A stretch of 64,000 nt of DNA from Chloroflexota bacterium. GTDB lineage: Bacteria > Chloroflexota > Limnocylindria > Limnocylindrales > CSP1-4. Under the pieces are notes generated by a model. It was not told where the DNA came from. It did no database searches and saw nothing but the letters and a program-made list of their open reading frames with translations. A program made the translations under genes and the position numbers. Of the stretch, positions 38,039 to 48,824 are shown piece by piece. The stretch is taken from the NCBI GenBank assembly GCA_004297395.1, contig SCUO01000100.1, positions 80,418-144,417 of the forward strand. Reading direction: 5' to 3'. Numbering within the stretch: position 1 is the stretch's first letter; every line of letters starts with the position of its first letter.

Positions 38039-39627
38039 CGGCGCCGCCGACCCTCGAGGTCGAGGCGAAGTTCGACGTCCTCGGCCGCGCTCCCACCCGG
38101 GCGCTCCTCCGCGGCCACGATCTAGCCGGGTTGCCAGGAATCGGGGCGGCCCGCGAGATTCGCCACCTCGACCGCTACCTCGACACGCCCGAGGGCCGAC
38201 TGCGGGCCGCCGGCTGGGCCGCCCGCCTCCGGACGGTTGACGCAGACACCCGGATCCAGCTCAAGCGGATCGCCGCGCCGGGCGAGGACGGCGTCACGCG
38301 ACGGACCGAGCTCGACGGCCCGACCGGGCCGGACGAGGATCCGGCCACCTGGCCGACGTCGGCCGCCCGCCGCCGGCTCCTCCAGCTCCTCCACGGCGAG
38401 ACGGCCACGGTCCGGGTGACCGTCCGGCAGGATCGCCTGGTCCGCGACTTCGGTGACGTCGACTGCCAGGTGGAGCTCAGCCTGGACCGGATCGCGGCCC
38501 TGGCCGGCGACGAGGTCGCCGGACGCCTGACGATCCTGGAGCTCGAGCTCCGAGCCGGCCAGCTCGCCGGCTTCGAGCGGGCAGCGGCGCACCTTCGGAT
38601 CCAGCCGTTCCTGAGCCCATCGAACGCCACGAAGCTCGGCTGGGCCGCGGCCGTGGTCGCCAACCGGACGCGGGCGGAGGCCCTGCCGGTCATCGGCGAA
38701 GAGGACGAGCCGCTCTCGGGCGACGTCCCCACCGCTGAGGTCGGGCGGCGGATCCTGCGGGCCCAGCTCCGCCGCTTGCTCGAGCGGGAGCGGGCGTTCC
38801 TGGCCTCGCCCGGACCGGAGGAGATCCGCCGGATGCGGGTCGCGACGCGTCGCCTGCGGGCGACCTGGCGGGCCTTCGGGCCAATCTTCGAGGGTCGAAC
38901 CTCGAACCGGGTGCGGCGCCGCCTCGGGCGGCTCGGCGACACCCTGAGCGCCGTCCGCGACCTCGACGTCCTCCTGGCCCGGCTCGAGGCCTGGGTCGCG
39001 GGCCATGCCCCGGCCGACCCGGGTCCGCTCGCCGGGATGCGCGAGTCGATTGCCGCGCGGCGTGCGGCCGCGCTCGTGCGGCTCGAGGCCGAGCTCGCGT
39101 CACCACGGCACGCGCGCTCCCTCGACTCGTTCGTCGAGTTCGTGGAGACGCCCGGCCTCGAGACGCTGCCGGCGAAGCCGCCGGCAGCGCGCCTCGCCCG
39201 TGAACAGCTCGGCGGCTGGATCTGGGCGGGATTCGAACGCCTCCTCGCCTGGGAGCCGATGCTCCCCGTCGCCGACGCGCCGACGCTGCACGAGCTCCGG
39301 ATCGAGGCGAAGCGCCTGCGAGACCTCATCCAGGTCGCGGCGCCGATGTCCAGCGGGTCGCCCGACGCGATCGTCGCGTCGCTTGTCCACGTTCAGGACA
39401 CCCTCGGCGCGATGAACGACGCGACTGTCACGGCTGCGACCCTGCGCGCCTACATCGCCGAGCACTCGGGCGTGCTGTCGCCGACCGAGGCCCGGGCCGT
39501 CACCCGCTTCGCGATCGACCAGGAGCGGGCGGCGGAGCGGCTCCGGCGACGAGTGCCAAGCGCCTGGGGTCGCGCGACGAGCCCGCTGGCCCGACGCCGC
39601 ATCGGGCGGTTCATCGGCGGCTTCTGA
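38035..39627 (+). CDS. CYTH (triphosphate tunnel metalloenzyme)-CHAD fusion protein
   Basis: EVEAKF, D.YLDTP...L, R.ELDG, ELSLD and ELELEL (CYTH); RMRVA.RRLR, VRDLDV and HELRIE.KRLR...LG.MND (CHAD). Confidence 0.9.
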   Translation: MTAPPTLEVEAKFDVLGRAPTRALLRGHDLAGLPGIGAAREIRHLDRYLDTPEGRLRAAGWAARLRTVDADTRIQLKRIAAPGEDGVTRRTELDGPTGPDEDPATWPTSAARRRLLQLLHGETATVRVTVRQDRLVRDFGDVDCQVELSLDRIAALAGDEVAGRLTILELELRAGQLAGFERAAAHLRIQPFLSPSNATKLGWAAAVVANRTRAEALPVIGEEDEPLSGDVPTAEVGRRILRAQLRRLLERERAFLASPGPEEIRRMRVATRRLRATWRAFGPIFEGRTSNRVRRRLGRLGDTLSAVRDLDVLLARLEAWVAGHAPADPGPLAGMRESIAARRAAALVRLEAELASPRHARSLDSFVEFVETPGLETLPAKPPAARLAREQLGGWIWAGFERLLAWEPMLPVADAPTLHELRIEAKRLRDLIQVAAPMSSGSPDAIVASLVHVQDTLGAMNDATVTAATLRAYIAEHSGVLSPTEARAVTRFAIDQERAAERLRRRVPSAWGRATSPLARRRIGRFIGGF

Positions 39628-39693
39628 AAGCCATCCTGAATGGGATGGCTCGCCGTCCCGTGGGGCTCGCTCGCCGCCGGGTGGGACGGCCCG

Positions 39694-40659
39694 CTACAGC
39701 GACCAGCCGTGGGCCAGCCAGGCCAGCTCGGCCCGCCAGCGACTGCCCGCGTGGGCCGAGGCGAGAACGAGGCCCTCGCGCAAACCGTCGTTCGAAATCC
39801 GGATCTGATCGCGGCCGTAGCGCTCGGCGACCGCGAGCAGGATCGCCGCCCCAGCGGGCAGCACCCGCGCCCGCGACAGCCGGACGCCGAACTCCTGGGA
39901 GATCGATTCCGCGGGCGCGGCCAGGAGCCGCTCGAGGATGCCCTCGATCCGCCGGACCGTCAGAACCCGACGAGCGAGCCGGGGCCCGATCCGGAGCAGG
40001 TTGTCGGCCGTGCCGCCGACCGCGACGAGGTCCCCGGGATCGGCGTCCGGGGCCGTGGCCACGACGCTCCTGGCCTCGGCCAGGAGCGCCTCCACCTCGG
40101 CCCTGGTGGGTGGATCGCCGCTGACGTGGACCCGGGTCATCCGTGACGCGCCGAGGGCGAGACCGCTGGCGACGGGATCCATGCCGGGCCCCGAGATGAG
40201 GATCTCGCTGCTCCCGCCGCCCACGTCCACGAGGACCGTCTGGTGGCGGATCGGGCGGCCGGCCTGGACGCCGAGCAGGGCAAGCAGCGCCTCCTCGTCG
40301 TGGCGGAGGACCTCGATGGCGACGCCGGTCCGGGCGGCAACCGCGGTCGCCACGGCTGGCGCGTCGGCCGCGCGCCGGAGCGGATCCGTCGCGACGAATG
40401 CGATCGTGCCCGCGCCCCGTGATCGGGCCGTCTCGGCGTAGCCGACGAGCGTCTCGACGAGCCGGTAGCCGGCCTCGAAGCCGAGCTCACCACGCTCGTC
40501 CACGACCGCGCCGAGTCCCAGCGTCGACGATTCGTCGAGGATCGGGACGAGGCGATGGCCGTGGACCTCGGCCACGAGCAGGTGGACGGAGTACGCCCCG
40601 ACGTCGACGGCGGCCCCCACGGGCGCGCGGCGGCGGACGGCCGGACGAGGGGTTGGCAC
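39694..40659 (-). CDS. ppx: Ppx/GppA family phosphatase (short form)
   Basis: AVDVG..SVHLLVA, ATDPLRRA, EEALL, DVGGGSSE, LG..R, GGTA and RA..LPAG..IL..GLREGL motifs. Start at GTG 40659. Confidence 0.85.
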   Translation of the reverse strand: MPTPRPAVRRRAPVGAAVDVGAYSVHLLVAEVHGHRLVPILDESSTLGLGAVVDERGELGFEAGYRLVETLVGYAETARSRGAGTIAFVATDPLRRAADAPAVATAVAARTGVAIEVLRHDEEALLALLGVQAGRPIRHQTVLVDVGGGSSEILISGPGMDPVASGLALGASRMTRVHVSGDPPTRAEVEALLAEARSVVATAPDADPGDLVAVGGTADNLLRIGPRLARRVLTVRRIEGILERLLAAPAESISQEFGVRLSRARVLPAGAAILLAVAERYGRDQIRISNDGLREGLVLASAHAGSRWRAELAWLAHGWSL

Positions 40660-40740
40660 GCCGATGAGTGTGCCACGCCGACGCGCCCGGCCGGAGAGCC
40701 GGCCATGCCCCCACACCGCCCCGGGTCGGAGCTGTTACCG

Positions 40741-40779
40741 ATTGATCGTTCGTTAACACGCCGCCCACTCGCGGTTGAC
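40741..40779 (+). promoter_or_regulatory. candidate PHO box: 11-nt periodic hexamers upstream of pstS
   Basis: ATTGAT (40741), GTTAAC (40752), GCCCAC (40763) and GTTGAC (40774). Confidence 0.55.
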
Positions 40780-40873
40780 GCGATCAGCCGAGCCTCAACT
40801 CGGCTAAGCGACCCAGGCCTAGAAGAGCCATGCCGCCCGCGCAGGCGGCCCCCGATGCAGGAGGACTCATCGC

Positions 40874-41875
<1,002 letters not shown>

Positions 41876-41899
41876 CCTGAGCCCGTCACTCCTTCTCCG

Positions 41900-41936
41900 G
41901 CGCGCCGGCCCGGCAGCTCGGTTCGGGCCGGCGCGC
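41900..41936 (+). other. 13-bp stem-loop between pstS and pstC
   Basis: GCGCGCCGGCCCG (41900-41912) pairs perfectly with CGGGCCGGCGCGC (41924-41936). Such intercistronic hairpins commonly stabilise upstream mRNA. Confidence 0.6.
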
Positions 41937-41951
41937 TAACGCGCCCTTAAC
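41935..41951 (+). promoter_or_regulatory. candidate PHO-box pair upstream of pstC
   Basis: GCTAAC (41935) and CTTAAC (41946), 11 nt apart. Confidence 0.4.
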
Positions 41952-41974
41952 ATCGTGCGAGGACCCTGCATCGG

Positions 41975-42889
41975 ATGTCCGCGGTACCCATCTCCCTGAC
42001 CCGCCGGCGTCCCGTCGGCGAGCGGATCATCGAGCGGCTGCTGTTCCTGGCAGCCGCCGTCGGCGTGGTCACGACGCTCGGGATCATCGCGGTCCTGGCC
42101 TTCGAGACGATCGAGTTCTTCCTCGCGGTCAGCCCGATCGACTTCTTCACCGGGACCCATTGGTCGGCCCTCATCAAGCCCCAGTCGTGGGGCGTCCTGG
42201 CGCTCGTGTCGGGGACCCTCCTGGTCGCCCTCATCGCCCTGGTCATCGCCATTCCCCTCGGACTGCTCGCCGCGGTCCTGCTGGCTGAGTACGCCTCGCC
42301 GCGGGTGCGGACCGTGGTCAAGCCGATCCTCGAGACCATCGCCGGCGTCCCAACCATCGTCCTGGGCTTCTTCGGTCTCAACTTCATCGCGCCGCATGTC
42401 CTCCGGCCGCTCCTTGGCCCGGACAACATCGGCACGTTCTCGGCCCTGGCCGGCGGGATCGTTGTCGGCATCCTCATCACGCCGCTCATTGCCTCGATCA
42501 GCGAGGACTCGATGCGAGCCGTGCCGCGGGGCCTGCGCGAAGGAGCCTTCGCGATGGGGGCGACGAAGTTCGAGGTCGTCCGGAAGGTCGTCTTCCCGGC
42601 CGCGGTCTCGGGGATCATGGCCTCGATCATCCTGGCCATGAGCCGGGCCATCGGGGAGACGATGGCTGTCGTCCTCGTCGTCGGGACGAAGCCGCAGCTC
42701 ACGTTCGACCCGACTGAGAGCATCCAGACGATGACGGCGTTCATCGTCCAGATCTCGATCGGCGAGACGGCCCAGGGGTCGATCGAATACAAGTCGCTCT
42801 TCGCCGTCGGGTCGACGCTGTTCCTGATGACCTTCGTCCTCAACCTGCTGAGCGGCTGGGTCGTCCGCCGCTTCCGGACCGCGTACTGA
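41975..42889 (+). CDS. pstC: phosphate ABC transporter permease
   Basis: [36 protein letters not shown] and SRAIGETM motifs. Confidence 0.96.
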   Translation: MSAVPISLTRRRPVGERIIERLLFLAAAVGVVTTLGIIAVLAFETIEFFLAVSPIDFFTGTHWSALIKPQSWGVLALVSGTLLVALIALVIAIPLGLLAAVLLAEYASPRVRTVVKPILETIAGVPTIVLGFFGLNFIAPHVLRPLLGPDNIGTFSALAGGIVVGILITPLIASISEDSMRAVPRGLREGAFAMGATKFEVVRKVVFPAAVSGIMASIILAMSRAIGETMAVVLVVGTKPQLTFDPTESIQTMTAFIVQISIGETAQGSIEYKSLFAVGSTLFLMTFVLNLLSGWVVRRFRTAY

Positions 42890-43788
42890 TGGCGGCCCTC
42901 GCCCCGGCGTCCCGCACCGACTCCCGGTTCGAGCCGGCCCTCATGCGGCGGAAGGTCACCGGGACGCTCTTCTACGGGGCATGCGTTGCGGCGATCGCGC
43001 TGCTCCTGCTCACCCTGATCGTCCTCCTGGTCGACGTCTTCGTCCGGGCGGCGCCGTGGCTCGATCTCCAGTTCCTGACCAGCCCGCCATCGAGCCGACC
43101 GGCGAGGGCCGGGATCCTGCCGGCCATCGTCGGGACGCTCGAGATCGGGATCATCGTCGGTGTCGTGACCTTCCCGATCGGCGTTGCGGCCGCGATCTAC
43201 CTCGTCGAGTACGCCTCCGATTCGTGGATCAACCGGCTCCTCCAGACGAATATCAGCAACCTGGCGGGCGTGCCGTCGATCATCTACGGCATCCTCGGTC
43301 TCGCGGTGTTCGTCCGGGCGCTGGCCATGGGCCCAACCATCCTCGCGGCCGCGCTGACCCTGAGCCTGCTCATCCTGCCCGTCGTGATCATCGCCTCGGT
43401 CGAGGCCCTCAAGGCCGTCCCGCACGCCCAGCGCGAGGGCGCGTACGCGCTTGGCGCCAGCCGCTGGCAGATGGTCAGCCGATCGGTCCTGCCGGCCGCG
43501 GCGCCCGGGATCATGACCGGGGTCATCCTGGCGATGGCCCGCGCCATCGGCGAGGCGGCGCCGCTCATCCTCATCGGCGCCTTCACCTTCGTGACCTTCC
43601 TGCCCAACCCGATCTCCGGTCAGTACACCGTCCTGCCGATCCAGATCTACGGCTGGGCCAACCGTCCCCAGGACGACTTCCAGGGGATCTCGGCGGCCGC
43701 GATCGTCGTGATCCTGGCCCTCATGCTCATCCTGAATGCCCTGGCCCTGATCGTCCGGGCACGCCTCTCGAGGCACATCCAGTGGTAG
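42889..43788 (+). CDS. pstA: phosphate ABC transporter permease
   Basis: [28 protein letters not shown]...[11 protein letters not shown] and ARAIGEAAP motifs. Confidence 0.96.
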   Translation: MAALAPASRTDSRFEPALMRRKVTGTLFYGACVAAIALLLLTLIVLLVDVFVRAAPWLDLQFLTSPPSSRPARAGILPAIVGTLEIGIIVGVVTFPIGVAAAIYLVEYASDSWINRLLQTNISNLAGVPSIIYGILGLAVFVRALAMGPTILAAALTLSLLILPVVIIASVEALKAVPHAQREGAYALGASRWQMVSRSVLPAAAPGIMTGVILAMARAIGEAAPLILIGAFTFVTFLPNPISGQYTVLPIQIYGWANRPQDDFQGISAAAIVVILALMLILNALALIVRARLSRHIQW

Positions 43789-43799
43789 AGGAGACGAAT

Positions 43800-44681
43800 G
43801 TGACCCTCGACATGCCCGACGCCCCGCCGGCAGTTCCGGCCGAGTCGGCGGACGGGCAGGCCCCGGCCATCCGGATCACGGCCTTGGCCCGCGAGCCGAG
43901 GCCCGACGCATTGGGCGCCGAGCCCGTCATCGAGCTCCGCGACGTGTCCTGCTACTACGGCTCGTTCCGGGCCGTCCGGAACGTCGACATCAGCGTCGCC
44001 CGGCAGCGGATCACGGCGCTCATCGGACCGTCGGGCTGCGGCAAGTCGACGCTCCTCCGGACGATGAACCGGATGAACGACCTCGTGCCCTCGTACCGGA
44101 CCGAAGGCCGCGTCTTGTTCGATGGCCAGGACCTCTTCGCCCCGGGCGTCGATCCGGTGGCCGTCCGTCGTCGAGTTGGGATGGTCTTCCAGAAGCCGAA
44201 TCCGTTCCCCAAGAGCGTCTACGACAACGTCGCCTTCGGGCCCCGGATCAACGGCTACAAGGGCAACATGGACGAGCTCGTCGAGCGTTCCCTCCGCCGG
44301 GCCGCCCTCTGGGACGACGTCAAGGACAAGTTGAAGCAGTCCGGGATGGCCCTGTCAGGCGGCCAGCAGCAGCGCCTGTGCATCGCCCGAACGATCGCCA
44401 TCGAGCCCGAGGTCATCCTCATGGACGAGCCCTGCTCGGCGCTCGACCCTCGCTCGACGCTCCAGATCGAGGAGCTCATGGCCGAGCTCAAGCGCGACTA
44501 CACGATCATCATCGTGACCCACAATATGCAGCAGGCGGCCCGGGCCTCGGACACCACGATCTTCATGACCATGGGCGACGACCGGGCCGGCTACGTCGTC
44601 GAGACCGGGGAGACGATCCAGATCTTCACGAACCCGAAGCACCGGCTGACCGAGGACTACGTGTCCGGTCGGTTCGGATGA
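43800..44681 (+). CDS. pstB: phosphate ABC transporter ATP-binding protein
   Basis: [48 protein letters not shown] and VTHNMQQA motifs. Start at GTG 43800 after GAGGAG. Confidence 0.97.
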   Translation: MTLDMPDAPPAVPAESADGQAPAIRITALAREPRPDALGAEPVIELRDVSCYYGSFRAVRNVDISVARQRITALIGPSGCGKSTLLRTMNRMNDLVPSYRTEGRVLFDGQDLFAPGVDPVAVRRRVGMVFQKPNPFPKSVYDNVAFGPRINGYKGNMDELVERSLRRAALWDDVKDKLKQSGMALSGGQQQRLCIARTIAIEPEVILMDEPCSALDPRSTLQIEELMAELKRDYTIIIVTHNMQQAARASDTTIFMTMGDDRAGYVVETGETIQIFTNPKHRLTEDYVSGRFG

Positions 44682-45463
44682 GCGAGGAGACGCCGATGGA
44701 CGACCAGAAGCCCCTCGCCAGCGTCGGGCTCGCCCCGACGGACCGTGACGATGCCGGTCCAGTCGGGCCGGCCGGGCCGGCCGAGCCGGCCGAGCCGACC
44801 ACCCAGCCGGCGCGCCCGACGCTGGACCGGGACGAGCAGGCGATCAAGGACGGCGTGCTCCGGATGGGCTCCCTCGTGGAGGCCCAGATCCTCGCCGCCA
44901 TCGATGCCCTCGTGGATCACGACGCGGCCGGCGCGGAGCGCGTCATCATCGGCGACCGGCGGGTCAACGAGGCCCAGCGCGAGGTCACCACGCTGATCGC
45001 CCGGACGATTGCGACCCAGCAGCCGGTCGCCCGCGACCTCCGCTTCCTGCTCTCGCTCGACCACGTCGCCTACGAGCTCGAGCGGATCGGCGACCACGCC
45101 GCCTCGGTCGCCAAGGCCGTCATCAAGCTGTCAGCCGAGCCGCCGCTCAAGGCCTACATCGACATCCCCGAGATGGGCCGCCTGGGCGCCGAGCTGGTCC
45201 GGGGAATCCTGCGGGCCCTCGTGACCATCGACGACGGGCTGGCCCGCCAGGTCGCGGCAAGGGACGACGAGATCGACCACCTCTACCACCGGATCTTCGG
45301 CGAGGTCGTGGACCTCATGCGGGCGGATCCGGACAACGTGGAGCGTGGGACCCGGATCCTGCTCGCCTCGCATTACCTCGAGCGGATCGGCGACCGCGTG
45401 ACGAACATCGCCGAGGATGTCGTCTACCTCGCCAGCGGCGAAGTCGAGGACCTGAATCCGTGA
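44678..45463 (+). CDS. phoU: phosphate signalling protein PhoU
   Basis: [24 protein letters not shown] and [13 protein letters not shown] motifs. The start could be ATG 44696. Confidence 0.95.
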   Translation: MSEETPMDDQKPLASVGLAPTDRDDAGPVGPAGPAEPAEPTTQPARPTLDRDEQAIKDGVLRMGSLVEAQILAAIDALVDHDAAGAERVIIGDRRVNEAQREVTTLIARTIATQQPVARDLRFLLSLDHVAYELERIGDHAASVAKAVIKLSAEPPLKAYIDIPEMGRLGAELVRGILRALVTIDDGLARQVAARDDEIDHLYHRIFGEVVDLMRADPDNVERGTRILLASHYLERIGDRVTNIAEDVVYLASGEVEDLNP

Positions 45464-45927
45464 ACGACGATCGCGACCATCGGCCGCTGCGGGTCCTGTT
45501 CGTCTGCACCGGCAATTCCGCCCGCAGCCTTCTCGGCGAGGCGCTCCTGCGCCACCACGGGGGCGACCACTTCGAGGTCTTCAGCGCCGGGACCCACCCA
45601 GCCGGCGTCAACCCGCTCACCGTCCGGGTCCTGGCCGAGGCCGGCATCCCGATCGACGGCCTCCGCTCGAAGTCGGTGGACGAATACCTCGACCAGTCGT
45701 TCAACTACGTCATCACGGTCTGCGACGACGCCCGCCAGGTGTGCCCGGTGTTCCCCGGGGTCCACGAATCACTCCACTGGGGCTATGACGACCCGGCCGC
45801 CGTCGAGGGCGACGAGGCGATCCGCCTGGCGTCCTTCCGGCGGACCGCCACGGCAATGGGCGAGCGCGTCAAGCAATTCGCGACGGTCGTCCACCGGGCA
45901 ACCCTGTCGGCCGCCGATCGTGGTTGA
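45460..45927 (+). CDS. arsC: arsenate reductase (LMW-PTP/thioredoxin-coupled type)
   Basis: VLFVCTGNSARS P-loop, SAGT.P, VITVCD....CP.FPG and HW..DDP motifs; GTGA overlap with phoU. Confidence 0.88.
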   Translation: MNDDRDHRPLRVLFVCTGNSARSLLGEALLRHHGGDHFEVFSAGTHPAGVNPLTVRVLAEAGIPIDGLRSKSVDEYLDQSFNYVITVCDDARQVCPVFPGVHESLHWGYDDPAAVEGDEAIRLASFRRTATAMGERVKQFATVVHRATLSAADRG

Positions 45928-46396
45928 GCTGATCCTCGTCCGGCACGCCGACGCCGGCGACGCGCTGGCCTGGAGCGGGCCCGATGCCGACCGGCCGCTG
46001 TCGCGGAAGGGCCAGAGGCAGGCGGAGCGGCTGGCAGCGCTGATCGCCCGCCAGCGGACGACGCCCGACGCGCTGATCAGCTCGCCCAAGGCGCGGGCCG
46101 AGCAGACCGCGGCGATCCTGGGCGAGGCCCTGCGGCTCGAGGTCCGGCTCCACGACGGCCTGGCCGGGCCGCTCTCGATCGAGATCCTGGCGGCGATCCT
46201 GGCCGACAACGGCGACCCGCATCGACCGATCCTCGTGGGTCACGACCCCGATTTCAGCGATCTCGCCTCGGAGCTGGTCGGGTCGGCGATCACCCTCAAG
46301 AAGGGCAGCCTGGCGAGGATCGACATCGAGGCGCCGTTCGGCGCCGGCGAGGGCGTTCTTCGCTGGCTCGTTCCGCCGGAGGTCGTGGCCCGCTAG
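45920..46396 (+). CDS. sixA: SixA-like phosphohistidine phosphatase
   Basis: LILVRHADA, DRPLS.KG, SSP..RA.QTA, LVGH.P and KKG motifs. Confidence 0.85.
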   Translation: MVELILVRHADAGDALAWSGPDADRPLSRKGQRQAERLAALIARQRTTPDALISSPKARAEQTAAILGEALRLEVRLHDGLAGPLSIEILAAILADNGDPHRPILVGHDPDFSDLASELVGSAITLKKGSLARIDIEAPFGAGEGVLRWLVPPEVVAR

Positions 46397-46400
46397 AGGC

Positions 46401-46787
46401 CTAGCTCGTCGGGGCGACCTGGATCAGGGGCTGCGGGCCGCTTGCCGCGGTAGAGGGTCGGCGCCGGGAGCGGAGGAGATCGGCGGCCGGGACGAAGTCG
46501 CCCGGCACGAGATCCCGCGCAATGGCACCCAGCCGGCCGATGGCGTCGGGCGACAGCCGGTACCAGATCCACGAGCCCCGCCGCTCCGAGGTCACGACGC
46601 CGGCCTCGCGCAGGACCCGCAGGTGATGCGAGACGGTCGGCTGGGAGACGTCACACGACTCGGTGAAGTCGCAGGCGCAGATGCCCTCGCAGGCCGCGAG
46701 CTGGCGGACGATCGACAGCCGGATTGGATCGGCGAGGGCGGCCAGGAGCCTGACGTCGGGGTCGGTGGTGCGGGGTGCGCGGGCCAT
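46401..46787 (-). CDS. arsR: ArsR/SmtB family repressor
   Basis: ALADPIRL.I, ICACDF, SQPTVSHHL.VLREAG.V..ERRG.W.WY motifs. Confidence 0.9.
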   Translation of the reverse strand: MARAPRTTDPDVRLLAALADPIRLSIVRQLAACEGICACDFTESCDVSQPTVSHHLRVLREAGVVTSERRGSWIWYRLSPDAIGRLGAIARDLVPGDFVPAADLLRSRRRPSTAASGPQPLIQVAPTS

Positions 46788-46799
46788 GCGGGCATCCTA

Positions 46800-46858
46800 A
46801 TCGATGAACTTCAATATTGACAAGCATCAATCTGCGTGGCATATTGACGTCCATCGAT
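46800..46858. promoter_or_regulatory. ArsR operator/promoter region with three TATTGA-N4-CATCRAT half-sites
   Basis: Reverse copy 46800-46816, forward copies 46815-46831 and 46842-46858. TTGACA at 46817 is followed 17 nt later by CATATT. Confidence 0.65.
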
Positions 46859-46902
46859 ACACGAAACGCGCGTCCCAGGCGCGAGAAGGGAAACGAACGA
46901 CG

Positions 46903-47118
46903 ATGATCCGCTTCGACAACACCTGGTTCATCGGCGGCAACGATGCCCAGGAAGAGCGCGACCGGATGCACCTCTCGGCGATCCGCGAGGCTCGCATCAC
47001 GGCCGAGTACCGCGAGAGCATGGCAAAGGCTGCACAGCCTCGCCCTGCCAGCCGGCGCGTCGCGCTGTTGGCGGCCGGCACGGCGACGAGCGTTGAGCTC
47101 TGCGCCAGCTGCGCATGA
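46903..47118 (+). CDS. small hypothetical protein with a C-terminal CxxC (71 aa)
   Basis: MIRFDNTWFIGG...ELCASCA, with a purine-rich upstream region, lying between the operator and arsM. Confidence 0.55.
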   Translation: MIRFDNTWFIGGNDAQEERDRMHLSAIREARITAEYRESMAKAAQPRPASRRVALLAAGTATSVELCASCA

Positions 47119-47119
47119 C

Positions 47120-47152
47120 AGACCGCCGGCGTCCACTGGACGCCGGCGGTCT
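47120..47152 (+). other. perfect 15-bp inverted repeat between the small ORF and arsM
   Basis: AGACCGCCGGCGTCC-act-GGACGCCGGCGGTCT starts 2 nt after the small-ORF stop. Confidence 0.7.
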
Positions 47153-47191
47153 TGACAACCACCCGGATTGAGCGTCCCGAGGAGCAGATCG

Positions 47192-48112
47192 ATGGCCACC
47201 GAGATCGAGCCGGTCCAGACCACCCTCCCCGAGGACGAGGTTCACGCCGCCGTCAGGGCCCGCTACGCGGAGGCCGCCCTCGCCGTCGCCGGATCCGCGA
47301 CCGCCGCCGAGGCTGCCAGCCGGTCCGGCGCCCTCAACGACTGTTGCGGCGAGGACGGGTCCCGGACCTGGGGCTCGCTCCTGTACGCCGACGCCGACCG
47401 GGCGTCCCTGCCGGATTCGGCCGTGCTCGCCTCGCTGGGCTGCGGCAACCCGACCGCCGTCGCTGAGCTGCGCGAGGGTGAGACCGTGCTGGACCTGGGG
47501 TCCGGCGGCGGCATCGACGTCCTCCTCTCGGCTCGCCGGGTCGGTCCCACCGGCCGGGCCATCGGCGTCGACATGACCGACGAGATGCTCGAGCTTGCCC
47601 GCCGCAACGCGGCCGAGGCCGGCGCCACGAACGTCGAGTTCCGGAAGGGCACCATCGAGGCCCTGCCGCTCGACGACGCCAGCGTCGACGTCGTCATCAG
47701 CAACTGCGTCATCAACCTCGCGGCCGACAAGGGCGCCGTGTTCGCCGAGGTCGCGCGGGTCCTGCGCGAGGGCGGACGGATGGGCGTCAGCGACGTCGTC
47801 GCGGACGACAGCCTCAGCCCCGCGGAGCGGGCCGAGCGCGGCAGCTTCGCCGGCTGCATCGCCGGGGCCCTGTCCTTCGACGAGTTCCGCTACGGCCTCG
47901 CGGCGGCCGGCCTGACGGACATCGCGATCGAGCCGACCCACGCCGTCGGCGACGGCATGTATGCCGCGATCATCCGGGCCACGAAGCCGGCCGGCTGGAC
48001 TGCTGCCGACCGCGCAGGACTGCGCACCGCCCTCCCCTCCCCGACCATCACCCGCGACCTGGCGATGCTCGACGCCGGTGGCTGCGGCTGCGGGAGCGGC
48101 GGCTGCTGCTGA
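47192..48112 (+). CDS. arsM: arsenite S-adenosylmethionine methyltransferase
   Basis: [50 protein letters not shown] and GCIAGAL motifs; RBS GAGGAG. Confidence 0.93.
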   Translation: MATEIEPVQTTLPEDEVHAAVRARYAEAALAVAGSATAAEAASRSGALNDCCGEDGSRTWGSLLYADADRASLPDSAVLASLGCGNPTAVAELREGETVLDLGSGGGIDVLLSARRVGPTGRAIGVDMTDEMLELARRNAAEAGATNVEFRKGTIEALPLDDASVDVVISNCVINLAADKGAVFAEVARVLREGGRMGVSDVVADDSLSPAERAERGSFAGCIAGALSFDEFRYGLAAAGLTDIAIEPTHAVGDGMYAAIIRATKPAGWTAADRAGLRTALPSPTITRDLAMLDAGGCGCGSGGCC

Positions 48113-48137
48113 TCCCGATACTGGCGCGCTCGGCGGC

Positions 48138-48824
48138 CTAGCGACCGTCGAGCGCCCGACCTTCCACGCAGACGGCGATGACGCCGAGACGCTCCAGCTT
48201 GCTCGCGTTCGAGCGAGCGCGGACGGTCCAGGCCGCGACCTCGACGCCCTCGCTTCGAGCCCGGGCGATGCCCTCGTCGTCGATCGCGTGCCAGTCCACG
48301 GAGACGGCCTGACAGGCGAGCTCGCCTGTCAGGCGGAGCGTGCCGCGCTCGAGATCCATCGCGTTGAGCCAGCGGCGCCATCGCGGCCGGTGCGTGCCGA
48401 CCCACACGAGGGTCGGAACCTCGAACGAGGACACGACGGTCCGGAGCAGGCCCGGGCCACGGGCAGCCTCGAGGACGTCGATGACGGCTGGTATGGGCTC
48501 GCCCTTCAGCTCGACGTCCAGGAACGGCTCGGGGCCGACCGCCGCGAGGACCTCGGCAAGGGTCGGGATGCCCGCCGCCGCCAGGTCCTCGACCGAGAGC
48601 TCGTCCGGCCGTTCCGGCCTGCCCTGGACTCGGGCCAGGGTGTCGTCGTGGAGGAGGATCGGGACCCCATCGCGAGAGGCGCGGACGTCGAACTCGAGCC
48701 CGTCGCAGGCCGGATTGGCGAGCGCGGCCCGCATCGCCGCGAGGCTGTTCTCGGGAGCGACCCGCCAGTCGCCGCGATGGGCCAGCCGAAGGGCCCACGA
48801 CCGGTCCCCGGTCTCGGCCATCAC
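48138..48824 (-). CDS. glycerophosphodiester phosphodiesterase
   Basis: AHRG...APENSLAA, EFDV..SRDG...LHD..L.R, VELK, SSF and AWTV motifs. Confidence 0.9.
   Translation of the reverse strand: MMAETGDRSWALRLAHRGDWRVAPENSLAAMRAALANPACDGLEFDVRASRDGVPILLHDDTLARVQGRPERPDELSVEDLAAAGIPTLAEVLAAVGPEPFLDVELKGEPIPAVIDVLEAARGPGLLRTVVSSFEVPTLVWVGTHRPRWRRWLNAMDLERGTLRLTGELACQAVSVDWHAIDDEGIARARSEGVEVAAWTVRARSNASKLERLGVIAVCVEGRALDGR

Noticed and set aside
39694-40659. Ppx with GAYS in place of the usual GSNS as a possible pseudo-enzyme
   Set aside because: The catalytic-type Glu (EEA) and DVGGGSSE are intact, and this variation is within family range.
46804-46902. Extended 104-aa version of the small ORF starting at ATG 46804
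   Set aside because: The extension runs through the ArsR operator and the -35/-10 elements, so ATG 46903 is more plausible.
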